Origin: Eledone cirrhosa
Lineage: Eukaryota
Assembly: GCA_964016885.1 (NCBI GenBank)
Contig: CAXHJY010001374.1
Coordinates: forward strand, 1 to 64,000
DNA: 64,000 nucleotides
Reading direction: 5' to 3'
The position numbers and the translations under genes are program-made. Positions 30,654 to 46,569 of this stretch are shown piece after piece; within the stretch, counting starts at the first letter, position 1; each line of letters starts with the position of its first letter. Below the pieces are notes generated by a model that did no database searches, was not told where the DNA came from, and saw only the letters and a list, made by a program, of their open reading frames with translations.

Positions 30654-31257
30654 ATATATATAAAACTGAGGATGTGTGTGTGTGTGTGTCTGTGAGTTTG
30701 AATCTCTAAAACTAGAGAAGTACCCAACCGTTTATTTTTCAAACTTTATAAGTTTATTACTTATGTTACAGGGAGTGTTATGCACATAAAGTTCAACTGT
30801 TTGAGGGCCCGCATTGGGTAAAAACTGCGTTTTTCCAGCTTTTGAGGTCTTTTTAGAGACGTTATGTCACACTGATTTCCTTGAAATTGTAACTATGTTT
30901 TAGTCAGTCTCTTCTTCATACCATGAGCAAAGAAAATCCAACTTTTTTATGGCCTAGGGCAGGCATTATGTGAGAAACTTCATTTTTTCAGCTTTTTAGG
31001 GCTTTTTTCAGGCGTTATGTCTAGCCGATTTTTCCCGAAATTTCAAGGCATATTATGCATATAAAATAAATTCATTTTCTTGAACCCCTAGGGTCTACAT
31101 TAAGTTAAAACCTGCATTTTTCCTGCTATATCGAGGAAAATCTTAAATATTATTCTTTACATATTGTCCAGGCATGCAGGTTTTCCACGATTAGATCTGT
31201 TGGCGGCCCGCGTTCCAAAATACCTTATCCCTTGCAACGCCGAGTACCACTGCTAGT
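30654..31257 (+). mobile_element. Second, abutting non-autonomous Helitron-like element
   Basis: Starts atatatataaaactgagg followed by (TG)n. Ends with a degenerate GC hairpin (cccttgcaacgccgag), then CTAG|T. Confidence 0.55.
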
Positions 31258-31432
31258 ATATTATAAAGACGAGCGTATTATTTAAAGGTATACCATGCAT
31301 ATATATATATGAAGTGTTTCAGTAGGAAAGATATGTGCATGTAGGCGTACATGTACGTATGTATGAGTGGTTAGTCTTCTTCGTGAAACCTTTGGTAAAT
31401 GAAATAATTATCTTATGTTGTTTATTACATAA

Positions 31433-31469
<37 letters not shown>

Positions 31470-32083
31470 TATCATTTGCCGTTCCTCGGAGAGAGATCCT
31501 TTTGGAAAATATGATGATTGCGTCTCTGCATACAGATACACTTTGAAACATACTGTGTTTCGGTAAATAGAGATTGATAATGAATAATAGAACTATATAT
31601 ATAAACTGGTATCAATATGATCATCGAAACTCTTTAAGACGCTTCACTTGTATGTCTGCAAACCATTTCAATGACCGAAACTAATTCAGTGAGGGTTCCG
31701 ATCCGTTTATATATAAATGTTTCATTTGCTTTCTTCATTGTGTGTGTGTATATTTAAAACAATACTACACTTCATCACTTTAAACATGAAGATCACTAAG
31801 TATGGTGAACATATATTTTAAACATAGCTAGAATTGCATCTAACAGAAACAAACTTCTATTCACAGCCAGAAAATATTGAATTAGAGGTATTTATGCGAT
31901 CACATATGTTTTTATCTGGTTAAAATAATTTTTGTGATTTGTGTAAGAACACTTGTAGAGAAGGGATAGACTCTGCCAGGTTTTTATACCTGGCAGAGTA
32001 AATAGAAACGCCGTATATCCATATGGCCTCCCTACGACCCCCCACCCCCGCCCCTCGGAAATAGGGTACTATATACATACATA

Positions 32084-32114
<31 letters not shown>

Positions 32115-32269
32115 ATATATATATATATATCCAGGGAGGGTAACATCTAGTTACTGTAGGTTCAGAGTCGGACGACGTCGATACAGATGGAACCTTGAGC
32201 TGATCAACAACGAAACGCGAGTCACAAACCCGTTATTTCCTTTTCTAACACACACACACACACACACAC

Positions 32270-32320
<51 letters not shown>

Positions 32321-32667
32321 TCTAGAACTAGCTGTTGAAACGGCAAGAGCTCAGCTCTCGGAATCTGACTCCTTATAATTTACATATATTTCGCAAAAAT
32401 TTAAATTAGAATGGTGTGTGTATGGAATTTAATCCCGGAGCTGTTAATATAACCGCTCTCACAGACACTGTCTAACACCTAGTTGTCATTTCGTAAGAAT
32501 CAAGCCATTAGATTCTTGCCACAGAAATTATTTGTCATCCATGCAAAAATTAATTCTAACACAGACACTGTTATAGATATGCATATAAAGAAGAATGATA
32601 TGATCCTGATTGAAAATAAAAGTAATATATATAAACATACACATACCGACCATAATGACAGCACAGC

Positions 32668-33100
32668 CCCGGCGGTCTGAATGGAGAAGGCGTTTCCCCG
32701 GAGGTCGGCAAGCGAGACGCGCTGGAAAAGCCACTCCAACTCGCGGAGCTCACACCTGCGGCTGGCCAGCTGAGCGCCTATGGTGGTGAGTAGGGAGGTA
32801 GCCCCGGGGCTGAGGACACCAGAAGTATCCACTGCCAAGGGTACAACCGCAAACCTGTCGGAGAACGACCGGTATTTGAGGAGTTTAGCCTCCTCAGCCC
32901 GACGTGCAGCAGAGCCCGGGTTAATCGCAGACTGCACCAGGTTGCGGCTACTGGGAGTGTCGGTGAAAGTGGCATCCCAGACAAGGGGCTTGCTACCGCG
33001 GAACGGGAAGATGGTCATGCCATCTGGCCTTTTGCCGTCCCCTCGGTCCAACCACAGCGGCTCCAGCTGGGAATGGAAGCGTGCAGCGTCCAAGCCATGC
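32668..33100 (-). mobile_element. Fragment of an RLE-type (CRE-like) non-LTR retrotransposon: restriction-like endonuclease domain
   Basis: EP..L.RGDGKRPDGMTIFPF..SKPLVWDATFTDT..AE.AK..KY....PLAVDTSG...FQRVSLA.LRGNA. GC-rich island. Confidence 0.8.
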
Positions 33101-33448
33101 TTAAATATAAACCTACCTTGAGTGTTGGTTCAAAGCTCGGATTTTCGAGCTTACTAAGCGCCGAAGAATTAAGTTTATTAGAATATGTAGGGTAGGGTGT
33201 TCCCATACAGAAAATAACTGCAATTACAGTTAGTAGCTATTAAATGGTTTATAAAATCGGATATAACCCCCAGAGACGCTGGCAACATTTGAGGTTCTCT
33301 GGGGGCTATTTAATCGATTTTTTTAGCATCAAACTAATTGTAGATATTTTTCGGCTTCTGAGCTATCTACATCTAGATATAGACTGATATATACAAAGTC
33401 ACAGTCTTAAAGGTTCCTTCTAATATACACACAGAATATCACACACAG

Positions 33449-33502
<54 letters not shown>

Positions 33503-33599
33503 GCGCAGACACACACACACACTCGCACACGCACAGTTGCCGAGTGGTACCCTCGCGAGCGGAAAAGACCACTCGGAAGGCCTCCACAAGGATTGTGTG

Positions 33600-33630
<31 letters not shown>

Positions 33631-33681
33631 CTGTGTGTGCTTATATATATGTGTGTGTATATATATATATGCGTGTGCGTG

Positions 33682-33722
<41 letters not shown>

Positions 33723-34128
33723 ATGTGTGTATGTGTATATATATATGAGTGTGTATGTAAATATATGTATATATATATGTGTGTATGTATTTATACGTGT
33801 AAGTGCTGGAAGTTTAGTTTATGTGTATATATGTATATATATATATATATAATAGAAATGCTGACATGAATATTTCCTATGTGTAATGGTCCGTGAAACT
33901 CTAGACAACAAATAAGGTAAATATTTGTGTTTTTATATTTAATTAATCGAAACACCATTAAGTAATGACTTTGGTTGCCATAACATATCAAAACAAACAA
34001 ACACACCGAAAAAATATTTATATATACATATGTGTCTGTATATATACATTTGTATATATATATTATTATGAATGTGTATGTATATAAATCTCTGTATATG
34101 TATATATAGGTGTGTTGTATATATATAA

Positions 34129-34161
<33 letters not shown>

Positions 34162-34464
34162 CACACACACACATATATAAATATATACTGTATATATATA
34201 TACACACACATATATATATATACACATATATATATATATATATAGAGAGAGTATATATATACACAGACACACATATATATACACATATATATATACATAT
34301 ATATATACACACACATATATATAAACACATATATACATATATACATATATACATATATACATATATATGTTTATATATATATACATATATATTTGTATAT
34401 ATGTATTCATATATATATCTGCATATATATATATAGAGAGAGAGAGGGAGAGAGATAGAGAAAC

Positions 34465-34523
<59 letters not shown>

Positions 34524-34885
34524 CGTGCGTGCGTATGTATGTATATATCTATATGTATGCGTGTATATATATATATAATAAATTAAAATAAATATGCATT
34601 CATATATATATATACAATCACACACGCATGCAAACACATATATATATATAACAAAATAACCATGTTGTATATGACTGATAATGATTGGTCAAAAACAACG
34701 GATTAATCACTGTGTGTGCTCAATTACTGAATAAAATTAATGAGATCTATATCAAATACATCAGAAATATTTAATAGAAAGAAAAACATAACACATCGTA
34801 ACGATACATGATGTCATGCATGTTTAATTTCTTATATACATATATATACACATATATATATATACACACACACATATATATATAT

Positions 34886-34962
<77 letters not shown>

Positions 34963-35045
34963 TATATACATATATATATAATACACACACATATATATAT
35001 AAACACATATATGTATATATACACATATATATATATACACATATA

Positions 35046-35215
35046 CGTTTCGACGGCTAATTCTGGACTGAATTAGCTGAGTCCAGAATTAGCCGTCGAA
35101 ACGGCTTGAGCTCAGCTGTCGGGGTCTTACTGGTTCCTATTACCCACTCTACTACCTCAAGTATTGAGTACTTTGGTGCGTTATGGTCCACCTGGTTCCT
35201 TACCACATTTCCTTC
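35046..35215 (+). repeat. Second copy of the 28.5-kb foldback family
   Basis: Palindrome 35046-35103, then GAAAC-ggc-uugagcuca-gcu-GUC. The rest is the reverse complement of 28478-28575. Confidence 0.75.
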
Positions 35216-35216
35216 G

Positions 35217-35256
<40 letters not shown>

Positions 35257-35257
<1 letters not shown>

Positions 35258-37868
35258 ACCTTGAATAACTTTGAATAACTTTGAAATGTATTGGCCAGTA
35301 TTGGCCCAGGCCATGTCTAACTTAATAGCACCACCTGGCGAAGTCTTTCAATTCATGATTTGGGCACCATGGCCCATTCGAGAAGAGAATTACAGTTTGC
35401 GGAGACATATCCGGGTGTGGGTGGTTTGTCCGGGATTACTTGGAGGAATTTGTCCAAAGATTTCTTGAATTTTGTGTGGTCAGTTTCCTTTTTGACGTCT
35501 CCTGGTGTGATGTTGAAGAGAGCAGGGCCAATTGAGGTGAAATAATTGTGCCGTATTGTTGTTATGAGTTGCGATTTAGATTTTTGTGTGGGACGGATAG
35601 CACGGGGCCCAAGCCTTGGGTGTATTTTGAAGGTGATGCCAACATCATTTGGAGAGTGCTGATGAAACATTTTCCACATCATGCAGATAATATAACGCTC
35701 ACGGTGACGTTGGAGCGAGTAAAGTTTCAGCTTTTCTAGTAGACCCGAGTAGTAAAAGTCTGACATGCCATCTATCCTTTTCGTGATTGCCCTTTGGGGA
35801 GCTTCAAGTTTCATGATACTTTGTTTCGTGTGGGGAGACCACAGTGCACAACAGTATTCATGGTGTGGTCGGGCAAAAGTAGAGAAGAGAAGGATAATGA
35901 TGTGGGAATCTCTCGACTGGAAGGTTCTGAGGATCCAGGAACACATTCTGCGGGCCATGTCAACTTTGCTGTTTATATGTGTGGCCCAGCTTATGTTGCT
36001 GTCCACGGTTACTCCCAAGTCTCTGATGTTGTTAGATGCCACGAGAGTTTCACCGGAGGGAAGGGAGTACGGGAGTTTCAGAGCATCTTCTTTTCCAAAG
36101 TGGATCAGTTCGAATTTGTCTTCGTTCAGTACCATGTTGTTCTTTTCCGCCCATTGGGTAACAGCCAGTAGGTCTGACTGAAGGTTTATCCGGTCATCTA
36201 CGCCATTGATGACCTTTTGGAGCTTGGAATCATCAGCAAAGATTCTAATGTTAGTGTGTTTGATGATGTTAGTGATGTCATTAATATAGATGATGAAGAG
36301 AAGTGGGCCCAACACAGTGCCTTGTAGGACCCCACTACTGACTTTGGCTGGGCTGGATTTGACTCCTTCGACTACAACATTTTGGGTTCTGTTTGACAGG
36401 AAGCACTTGATCCACTGCAGCAGCTTTACAGTGACACCAATATTGGACAGCTTTCTCAGTAGAATGTTGCGATCAACCCTGTCAAATGCCTTGCTGAAAT
36501 CAAGTGATGCAGTAGCTGCGTCAGGCAATCCCTTCCATTACGGAATCCGTGATGGTTGGAGTTCTGCATATTGTTACTCTCAAGAAAGTGAGTCATTCAC
36601 GATCTCACCACTCTCTCAAATACTTTATTGATATGAGAGATGAGTGAGATTGGACGGTAATTCACGGCAAGGGATTTGTTTCCTTTTTGGAAAACTGGGA
36701 CAACAGACTGGGATAGAAGGTTTTCTGGCACATATCCTGCATCCAGTGAGTTCCGCCACAGATTGGCAAGATGAGATGCAAGTTGGTGTTGACACGTCTT
36801 CAAGACACAAGCAGGGAACCTATCGGGACCTACTACTGAATTATGCTTGATTTCTTTTATTGCCGCTAAGACATCAGGGGCGCCAAACGTTATGTCCGAT
36901 AAGCCCTAATGGGGGGGGGGGGGGTAACTTCGCCGATACAGCCCAGATCGGCCATATCAGGATGGCTGAAAACAGAGCAGTATTGTTTCTCTAGTATCTC
37001 ACCCATGGTTTTAGCATTGTCTTGAAGAGTGCCATTTTCATCAATTAGAGGGCCAACAGTAGAGCCAGTGATTTTGTGTTTTTTTGCAAATGAAAAGAAC
37101 ACTTTGGGATTGAGTTTAATCTTCTCAATGGCCCCTGCCTCTTCAGCTCTTCTCTGATTGTTGATGATAGACATCATATTGTTTTGGGGGTTATGTTTTT
37201 TAATCCCTAGTGATGAAATGGCAGTCATGTTGATGTGTTTCTGCTGACAGTATTTCAGCCTGTTGATGTTTTTTTGTTAGTTCTCTTAATTTTCCTGATG
37301 AGCGATTTTCTATTTCTAGGGATTCTGCTCTTAGATTTGTTTATAGTTCTTAATGGGGTGTGTTTTGCACATATGTTTGTTACAGTGTCCACAAATGTCC
37401 CCCAGGACCATTTGATGTTAGTGGGTGTGTGAGTGTGCGTGAAGGACCAGTCGACATGTGCAAGATCATGACTGATCGCTTCCCAGTTTGCATTGTGGAA
37501 ATCCATAGCGTCAAACGGATGGACAGGAGAGATGACATTGGATTTGTATATTGGACGGTGGAATCTCAGATCACAGACAACCATGTCATGATCAGAGTGT
37601 AGAGTTTTTCTCCACTGCAATATTGTGGATAGTGTCAGTGTGATTGCTGAAAATTAAGTCTAGGACGTTTTTGTGGCACCTCGTTGGTTCGAGCACCAGT
37701 TGGGACAGGAAGAAATCATCCATGAAGTCAAGAAGCTATTCCACTGCTTCCCTGTCAGAGGTTGAGGCAGAAGAACCTGGTGCCAGGCTGTTTGTGTACC
37801 AGTCAACTCCGGGGAGGTTGAATTCCCCCATCATGAAGATGTTGTCAGGGTGACACTCTTGGATGAAA
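35257..37868 (-). mobile_element. CR1-like LINE, 5'-truncated and frameshifted
   Basis: APE remnants (MGEFNLP.VDW, LDLIFSN, HSDHDMV), NYRPISLISH..KVFE, LDFSKAFDRV, SGVLQGTVLGPLLF..YIND, FADD. Tandem 3' tail (ttcaaagtta)n at 35257-35285. Confidence 0.88.
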
Positions 37869-37971
37869 CTATATATATACATACACACACATATATATAT
37901 GTGTGTGTATATATATGTGTGTATATATATATGTGTATATATATATATGTATATATATATATGTATATATA

Positions 37972-38022
<51 letters not shown>

Positions 38023-38064
38023 AACACATATATATATATATCTAACATATATATATATATAACA

Positions 38065-38098
<34 letters not shown>

Positions 38099-38261
38099 GA
38101 CACATATATATATACATATATATATACATATATATATGTATATATATACACATATATATATACACATATATATGTAGACACATATATATATATACATATA
38201 TATATATACATATATATATGTATATATATATATATACACACACATATATATATATATATGT

Positions 38262-38330
<69 letters not shown>

Positions 38331-38333
<3 letters not shown>

Positions 38334-38410
38334 TTTTGCGAGGTTTTTGATATGAAATCGTGTGTCGAAAGAAATATTGTTACACTTGGGAGACTCATAG
38401 TATCCCACAT
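38331..38410 (-). mobile_element. PLE pLTR end carrying the ORF start
   Basis: [19 protein letters not shown] matches [19 protein letters not shown] at 14198-14270. It ends in (TA)n. Confidence 0.7.
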
Positions 38411-38595
38411 TTTAAAATCTCTATATCTGTCACATTAACCAACGTTTTTCTTACTCTTACATTCTCTATTGAATTTATTACGTTTTTGCATTTTCTCAAT
38501 ATTAGGGTATACATGTTGAGTTTTCTCTTAGGTTAATCACTACTTTGATTAAATCTTAACCATTTAACATCTCAGGGTATGTCATGTATCATTAT

Positions 38596-38648
38596 ATTTT
38601 GTCTGATGAGGACGCATTGTTGTACCTCTGAAATATGTATAATAACAT
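38596..38648 (+). ncRNA. Degenerate hammerhead related to the AUA variant
   Basis: attttgt-CUGAUGA-20 nt-GAAA-uauguau-A. The stems are imperfect. Confidence 0.45.
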
Positions 38649-38688
38649 TTAATTGATCAAAAGAACATCTATTTTATTAATATTTGTA

Positions 38689-38746
<58 letters not shown>

Positions 38747-38775
38747 ATGTTGTAGATATATTTTGTATATTTGTT

Positions 38776-38808
<33 letters not shown>

Positions 38809-40237
38809 ATATATATATATGCGTGTATATATATATATATTGTATATATATATATATGTGTGTATATATATATATATATTAATATATATATACACATATA
38901 TATATATATGCGTGTATATACATAGAAATAGAAATAAAATAAAATGTAGACAACACGGAAGACACAACCATAAGCACGATTCCAGCTTATCGCCTATTTG
39001 TGATATATACACATATATCGACAGTCGGTCGACTTTCTTTGATTCGTACTGAAGGAATAAGGTCTCCGTTCGTATTTCCAATTGCCAAAATTAACTCCAG
39101 GTAGAACTCATCCGGTGCAGGAATCGAACACACGGCCACGTTCCTTTCATATATATATATATGTGTGTATATATGTGTGTACGTATGTGTATGTGTACGT
39201 TGAATAATCTAACATTCAGGTTCAAGCACTTTCTCTCTCTCAACATTTGTGAAAATATATTGTTCACTTACTAACATGACAAACTAGATTTCGAGGAATC
39301 AATGTAATTTGAATTTACATTTGTGCATTGGTATAAGTTTATTAATATGTGTGTTTCTGTCTACACATCGCACTTTTAAAGCATATCTGACTGAATGGGA
39401 GATGAAAATATTAATTTAGAAGCAATAGATGTTTCATATACATTGAATCAAACTGCCATTCCCATGCAGTTGTTCTCCTGGCTATAATTTACATTCTGCA
39501 ATGCTATATAGTTAAGCTTAAGCCAAACCACCAACAGAGGCTGAACATACGACGTGTCTGGTCTTGTTTATTTCTCTATACAGTGTACGTTATATTTCAT
39601 GAGATTGAAGATATTTGATTTCTTATATTATATAAAGGTTTTAAGGATAAGAAATTTAACTGCGATTTAATGCATGGTAGCAAACCTTTGACACTAAAGA
39701 GTAACCAAGCTAGAGATACATCATCATATACTTACACAAACAGATACACACACATATATATATATGTGTGTGTATGTATGTGTGTATGCATATATATATA
39801 TATATACATTATATGTATATACATTATATATATATACATTATATGAATATATATATAGGTATATATATATATATATATATACATTATATGTATGTATATA
39901 TGTATGTATATATATATATACATTATATATATATGTATATATATATGTATATATATGTATATACATTATATGTTTATATATATATAGGTATATATATATA
40001 CATTATATATATATATATATATACATTGTATGTATATATATCTATATATATATATACTATATATTATATGTATATATATATATATTATATGAATATATAT
40101 ATATATACACATTATATGTATATATATATATATATATACACATTATATGTATATATATACATCATATTTATATATATATATATAATGTATATATATATAT
40201 TATATTTATATTTATATATATATATATAATGTATATA

Positions 40238-40269
<32 letters not shown>

Positions 40270-40311
40270 CCATATAATGTATATATATACATATAATGTA
40301 TATATATATTA

Positions 40312-40393
<82 letters not shown>

Positions 40394-40631
40394 GTATATA
40401 TATACATATAATGTATATATACATATAATGTATATATATACATAAAATGTATATATATAGATATTATTTATATATATATATATATACAAGGTGTAAATAT
40501 ATACATATAATTTATATATATATACATATAATGTATATATATATATTTATATATATATATATAATGTATATATATATATATATTATATTTATATTTATAT
40601 ATATATATATATAATATATATATATATATTA

Positions 40632-40676
<45 letters not shown>

Positions 40677-40716
40677 ATATAATGTGTATATATACATATA
40701 ATGTTTATATATATTA

Positions 40717-40791
<75 letters not shown>

Positions 40792-40859
40792 TATATATAT
40801 CCATATAATGTATATATATATATTTTATTTATATGTATATATATATATACATACAAGGG

Positions 40860-40891
<32 letters not shown>

Positions 40892-40986
40892 TTTATATAT
40901 ATATATACATATAGTGTATATATATACATAAAAAGTATATTATTTATATATATATACTTTATATGTATATATATATACAATATATG

Positions 40987-41051
<65 letters not shown>

Positions 41052-41254
41052 TATATATGTATATATATACATTATATGTATATATATATATATACATTAA
41101 ATGTATATATATACATTAAATGTATATATATATATACATTATATGTATATATATATATATATATATACATGTATATACATTATTTGTATATATATATACA
41201 TTATGAGTATATATATATATACATTATATGTATGTATGTATATATATATATATG

Positions 41255-41286
<32 letters not shown>

Positions 41287-41298
41287 GAATACATTATA

Positions 41299-41341
<43 letters not shown>

Positions 41342-41508
41342 TATATGTATATATATATACATTATGAGTATATATACATAAATATATTATATGTATGTAT
41401 GAATATATATACATATACATTATATGTATATATATAAATAAATCTATATGTATGTATATATATATACATTATATGTATAAATACATTATATGTATGTATG
41501 AATATATA

Positions 41509-41540
<32 letters not shown>

Positions 41541-41938
41541 CATTATATGTATATATAAATAAATAAATTATATGTATGTATATATATATACATTATATGT
41601 ATATATATATAAATACATTATATGTATGTATATGCATATATATATATATACATTATATGTATATGTATATATAAATACATTATATGTATGTATAAATATA
41701 TGTACTTTATATGTAATATATATATATTAATACAATATTTGTATGTATACATATATATATACTTTGTATGTATATATATATATATATTAATACATTATAT
41801 GTATACATACACATATATATACATTATATGTATATATATATATATAAATTATATGTGTATATATATATGCAGTATATGTATATATATATATATACATTAT
41901 ATGTATGTATATATATATATTCATTATATGTATGTATG

Positions 41939-42121
41939 AATGGCGGTGAATTGGCAGTATAGGTAGAGGGTCGGATGCTATGCTTTCCAGCATAGTTACG
42001 TCCCTTTACGATTTGAGTTCAAATCCCGCCGAGGTTGACTTTGCCTTTCATCCTTACGGGGTCGATAAAATCAAGTACCAGTAATGCACTGGTTAATTGC
42101 TGGCCTTGTTCCTAAACAATT
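41939..42121 (+). mobile_element. tRNA-derived SINE
   Basis: Same family as 26677-26870. Confidence 0.8.
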
Positions 42122-42572
42122 ATATGTATGTATATATGTATATATATATATACATTATATGTATGTGTATATATATACACATTATATGTATGTATATATG
42201 TATATATATACATTATATGTATATATGTATATACATACATTATATGTATATATGTATATATATATACATTATATGTATATATATCTATATATGTATATAT
42301 ATATATACATTATATGTATATATATATATATATATACATTATATGTATATATATATACATATACATTATATGTATCAATATATATACATATACATATACA
42401 TATATATACATTATATGTACATATATATATATATATACATTATATGTATATCTCTATATATATATGTATATATATATATACATTATATATATATATATAT
42501 ATATATATACATTATATGTATATATATATAGAGAGAAATTACATGAATCAATGTTCTGTTCAAATCATTTAT

Positions 42573-42621
42573 TCGCTTACAATTGTTTCTTCCAAACCGA
42601 GGTTTGGGGTCTTCGGAGCAA
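42573..42621 (-). ncRNA. Hammerhead variant with CCGAAGA core
   Basis: ttgct-CCGAAGA-..ccaaac/ctcg/gtttgg..-GAAAC-aauu-GUA^-agcga. Confidence 0.7.
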
Positions 42622-42788
42622 TTTTTCAATGATTGTTTAAATACTTGTCCTATTTATCTTACTGGTAATAAGGTAGTAATAAATTACTGTCTTTCACTGT
42701 TTAGGATTTAAAATATATATAATTATAAAAGGTTTTAGTATATACATAACCATAAATAGTATCCTTAATACTACATATATATATGTAT

Positions 42789-42856
<68 letters not shown>

Positions 42857-43002
42857 GTATATATATATATATATATACATTATATGTATATATGTATATA
42901 TATACATACATATAATGTATGTATATATATATATATATATATACATTATATGTATATATTTATATATATATTATATGTATATATATATATAATATACATA
43001 TA

Positions 43003-43040
<38 letters not shown>

Positions 43041-43092
43041 TATATGTATATATATATACATTATATGTATATATATATATATACATATAATG

Positions 43093-43166
<74 letters not shown>

Positions 43167-43403
43167 TATATGAATATATATATACATATACATTATATGT
43201 ATATATATACATATACATATACATTATATGCATATATATATATACATATATATATATATAGTTATATATACGTATACACAAACAAATATATTACACAAAT
43301 ACAAGTGTGTTACACAGCTCAAAAGAAAATTCTGTATTCTTCTTTGAGGTAATATTATTATTATTACTGTGAATTGCGGAATGCTCTTAATTCCGATCCT
43401 AGT

Positions 43404-43436
<33 letters not shown>

Positions 43437-43529
43437 TGTATACACATATGTACATACATATATATATATATATATACATATATACATATATATATATATA
43501 TACATATATACATATATAAATATATACAT

Positions 43530-43621
<92 letters not shown>

Positions 43622-43639
43622 TTATACATATATATATTG

Positions 43640-43674
<35 letters not shown>

Positions 43675-43817
43675 GTGTATAATATATATATATATGTATT
43701 TGTATATATGTATATATATTTTTATATATATGTATATATATATATGTATATATATTTATATATTTATAGATATATATACACATATATACATATACATATA
43801 TACATATATATATATAC

Positions 43818-43946
<129 letters not shown>

Positions 43947-44001
43947 TACATACATATATATATATACATATACATATATATATATATTCAAATATATATA
44001 C

Positions 44002-44058
<57 letters not shown>

Positions 44059-44215
44059 ATCAACAGATGGTTAAAAGAGTTCCATGTATTTTATTATGCG
44101 CATTTCAAAAACAAATATCATCATGCGATGACATTTGCGTTTTCGTCAGATAAAATAGAGAAACATGGTATGAAGTTTAAAAAACTCTTGTGAATAGTGC
44201 AGTTTTATATATATA

Positions 44216-44298
<83 letters not shown>

Positions 44299-44301
44299 TA
44301 C

Positions 44302-44338
<37 letters not shown>

Positions 44339-44359
44339 CATATATACATATATATATAT

Positions 44360-44420
<61 letters not shown>

Positions 44421-44739
44421 AATATATATACATATATTTATTATTTATTTATTCATTTATTTATATATATATATGTTTATATATACGTGGGAAAGTAAGA
44501 AATCGGAGAATAGACCGTTAAAACATGTTTATTTAAAACAGCACCTACATACGTTTCGCCCCTTTGGCATACGCTACTTGGCAAATACCTATATGTATCA
44601 CCTATCCTCCCATTTTTTTTTTCTCTCCCTCGATACGTAAATACGGTATCTATCTATCTATATATATATATGTATATAATATTATTCACACTTTCCGAAT
44701 TTATATATTCAATGTTAAATACAGTGGTAAGAAATATGT

Positions 44740-44831
44740 GCTCCGATAGCTCAGTTGGGAAAGTGCAGGACTGTAGTTTGTTAAACAAAGGTGTCATCCT
44801 TAGGTTGATGGTTCAAATCTCCCTCACGAAA
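44740..44831 (+). pseudogene. tRNA-Tyr(GUA) pseudogene retaining its intron
   Basis: ccgatagctcagttgg...ggactGTAg, ~19-nt intron, atccttaggttgatggttcaaatc. Matches the eukaryotic tRNA-Tyr pattern, but the acceptor and T stems are broken. Confidence 0.75.
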
Positions 44832-45175
44832 TTATTATACATAGGTAAATAGATAGAATAAATAACCGACCCCATTAATGCAGATTTGCCTTCTGTATGA
44901 TTTGAATTGGGAGCGGGCTGATCTGGCACAAATAATAATAATACATTTAATCAGACACCCTAACGATTCTTCCGAATCCCCTTCTTCATTTCATAAAGAC
45001 AAAACAAAATAAACGAAATGAATCGAGTAAGAATGAATGAAAGAAAGAAAGAAAGAAAGAAAGACAGAAAGATAGAAAACAGGGGGAAATGCAATTAAGA
45101 AAGAAAGAAGGAAAGGAAGAAGGAACAATGAAAAAAACAATGAAAGAAGAAAAGAAAGAAAGAGCGAAAGAACGA

Positions 45176-45506
45176 AATAATTGTTTCTACTTTTGGCATA
45201 CGGCCAGCAATCACCCCCAGTGCATTGCTGGTGCTTTATTTTATCGACCCCGTAAGGATGAAAGGCAAAGTTAACCTCGACGGGATTTGAACTCAGACGG
45301 TAAAGGGCCGTAACTCTATGCTGTAAAGCATGGCATCCGACCCTCTACCAATACTGCCAAACCACCGCCTTACGAAAAAATCAAATAATTGTTTCTATTT
45401 TTGGTACAAGACCAGCAATTATCCCATTGCATTACTGATACTTTATATTATCGACCCCGTAAGGATGAAAGGCAAAGTTAACCTCCGATGATTTGAACTC
45501 AGAGTG
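45176..45506 (-). mobile_element. Two tandem SINE copies (full 45176-45371, partial 45384-45506)
   Basis: Reverse complement of the 26677 family. Confidence 0.8.
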
Positions 45507-46569
45507 AAAAAAAATCAAATAATGAAAGAGAGAAACATAGAAAGAATGAAATATAAAGAATGAATGAATGAATGAAAGAAACAAACAGAGAAAGTGGGGA
45601 GAAATGAGGGAGGTTTTATACCCTAACCTCTTTACTGCAGGATTTATCTCAGCTGTGCCTCGGGGACGGACAAGATGTAATGAATGTAAATGATTTTGAC
45701 TGAGCGGTCAAATTTACTGAATTACGTCTGTCTATTTAATGTACATACATGACAGTTATGTAGGTCAAGACATTTTATCACCAGAAAATATTTGCTCAAG
45801 CAATTTACAATTCCTGTTGCCATTGAAACTATCTGCTACATATATTATCAGCGCAGACAGGACGATGTCATTAAATATTTTTTGTCGATGCAACAGTATG
45901 CTGACCTCTATGAAAGTAAAGGCAGCTAATAAGACGAGAATCGCTTGAATAAACACTGTATGAGCAATCGATCAATGAGATAGTTTACATTACATTTTAT
46001 CTCAGTGACTTCCAATCCTACTTTTACATGACTTGGGTGTTGTTTACCGAGCTGTTATAGTCAGAATTGCAAACATTAAATTTGATATAAGTCCAACGTA
46101 AATGTTACCAACATTTTCCAGCAAACAACTGCTGTAAATACGTTAATAGAATTGTCATATCTTTATTTAGTTATGGCCATATTAAATGACGTAAAAATTC
46201 TTTACTCTTTCAGACAGTCCTGTCCCCTCTATTCAATATAAAGTCATACGTTGCAATATAAAACATTTTCGTCTTTATCTATAGGTCTATATTATCACGT
46301 CAGCCTGGATGTTGTTGAAAAGGTTGTCATGTCATCAGTTTTACGATAAGTAGTACATAAATCCGCCAAATATGGTTGGCATTATAAATTCGATTAGTTT
46401 AGTTGATTCATTTAGTAAATCTATTATTTATTTATAATACATTTCTCGTGAAAACAGGTTTAAAATAGTTTCAGCAATTTTCGATGGTAAATGTATTTTT
46501 ACTTAGAATAAAACAATGAAAGGTTACCATATTTCTCCCAGTACGCGTTTAATATTTTATTAGCTGATA

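Noticed and set aside
32198-32225. CUGAUCA-acaac-GAAAC-gcga-GUC
   Set aside because: G8 is mutated and stems I and II are absent; may be chance.
39000-39146. B-box-like gttcgattcc on the minus strand, possible second SINE
   Set aside because: Single truncated copy with no A box or second instance to support it.
45739-45956. Hydrophobic 63-aa ORF ending SGDKMS, considered as a receptor exon
   Set aside because: Too short, no extended family motifs, stops in the neighbouring sequence and no clear splice structure.
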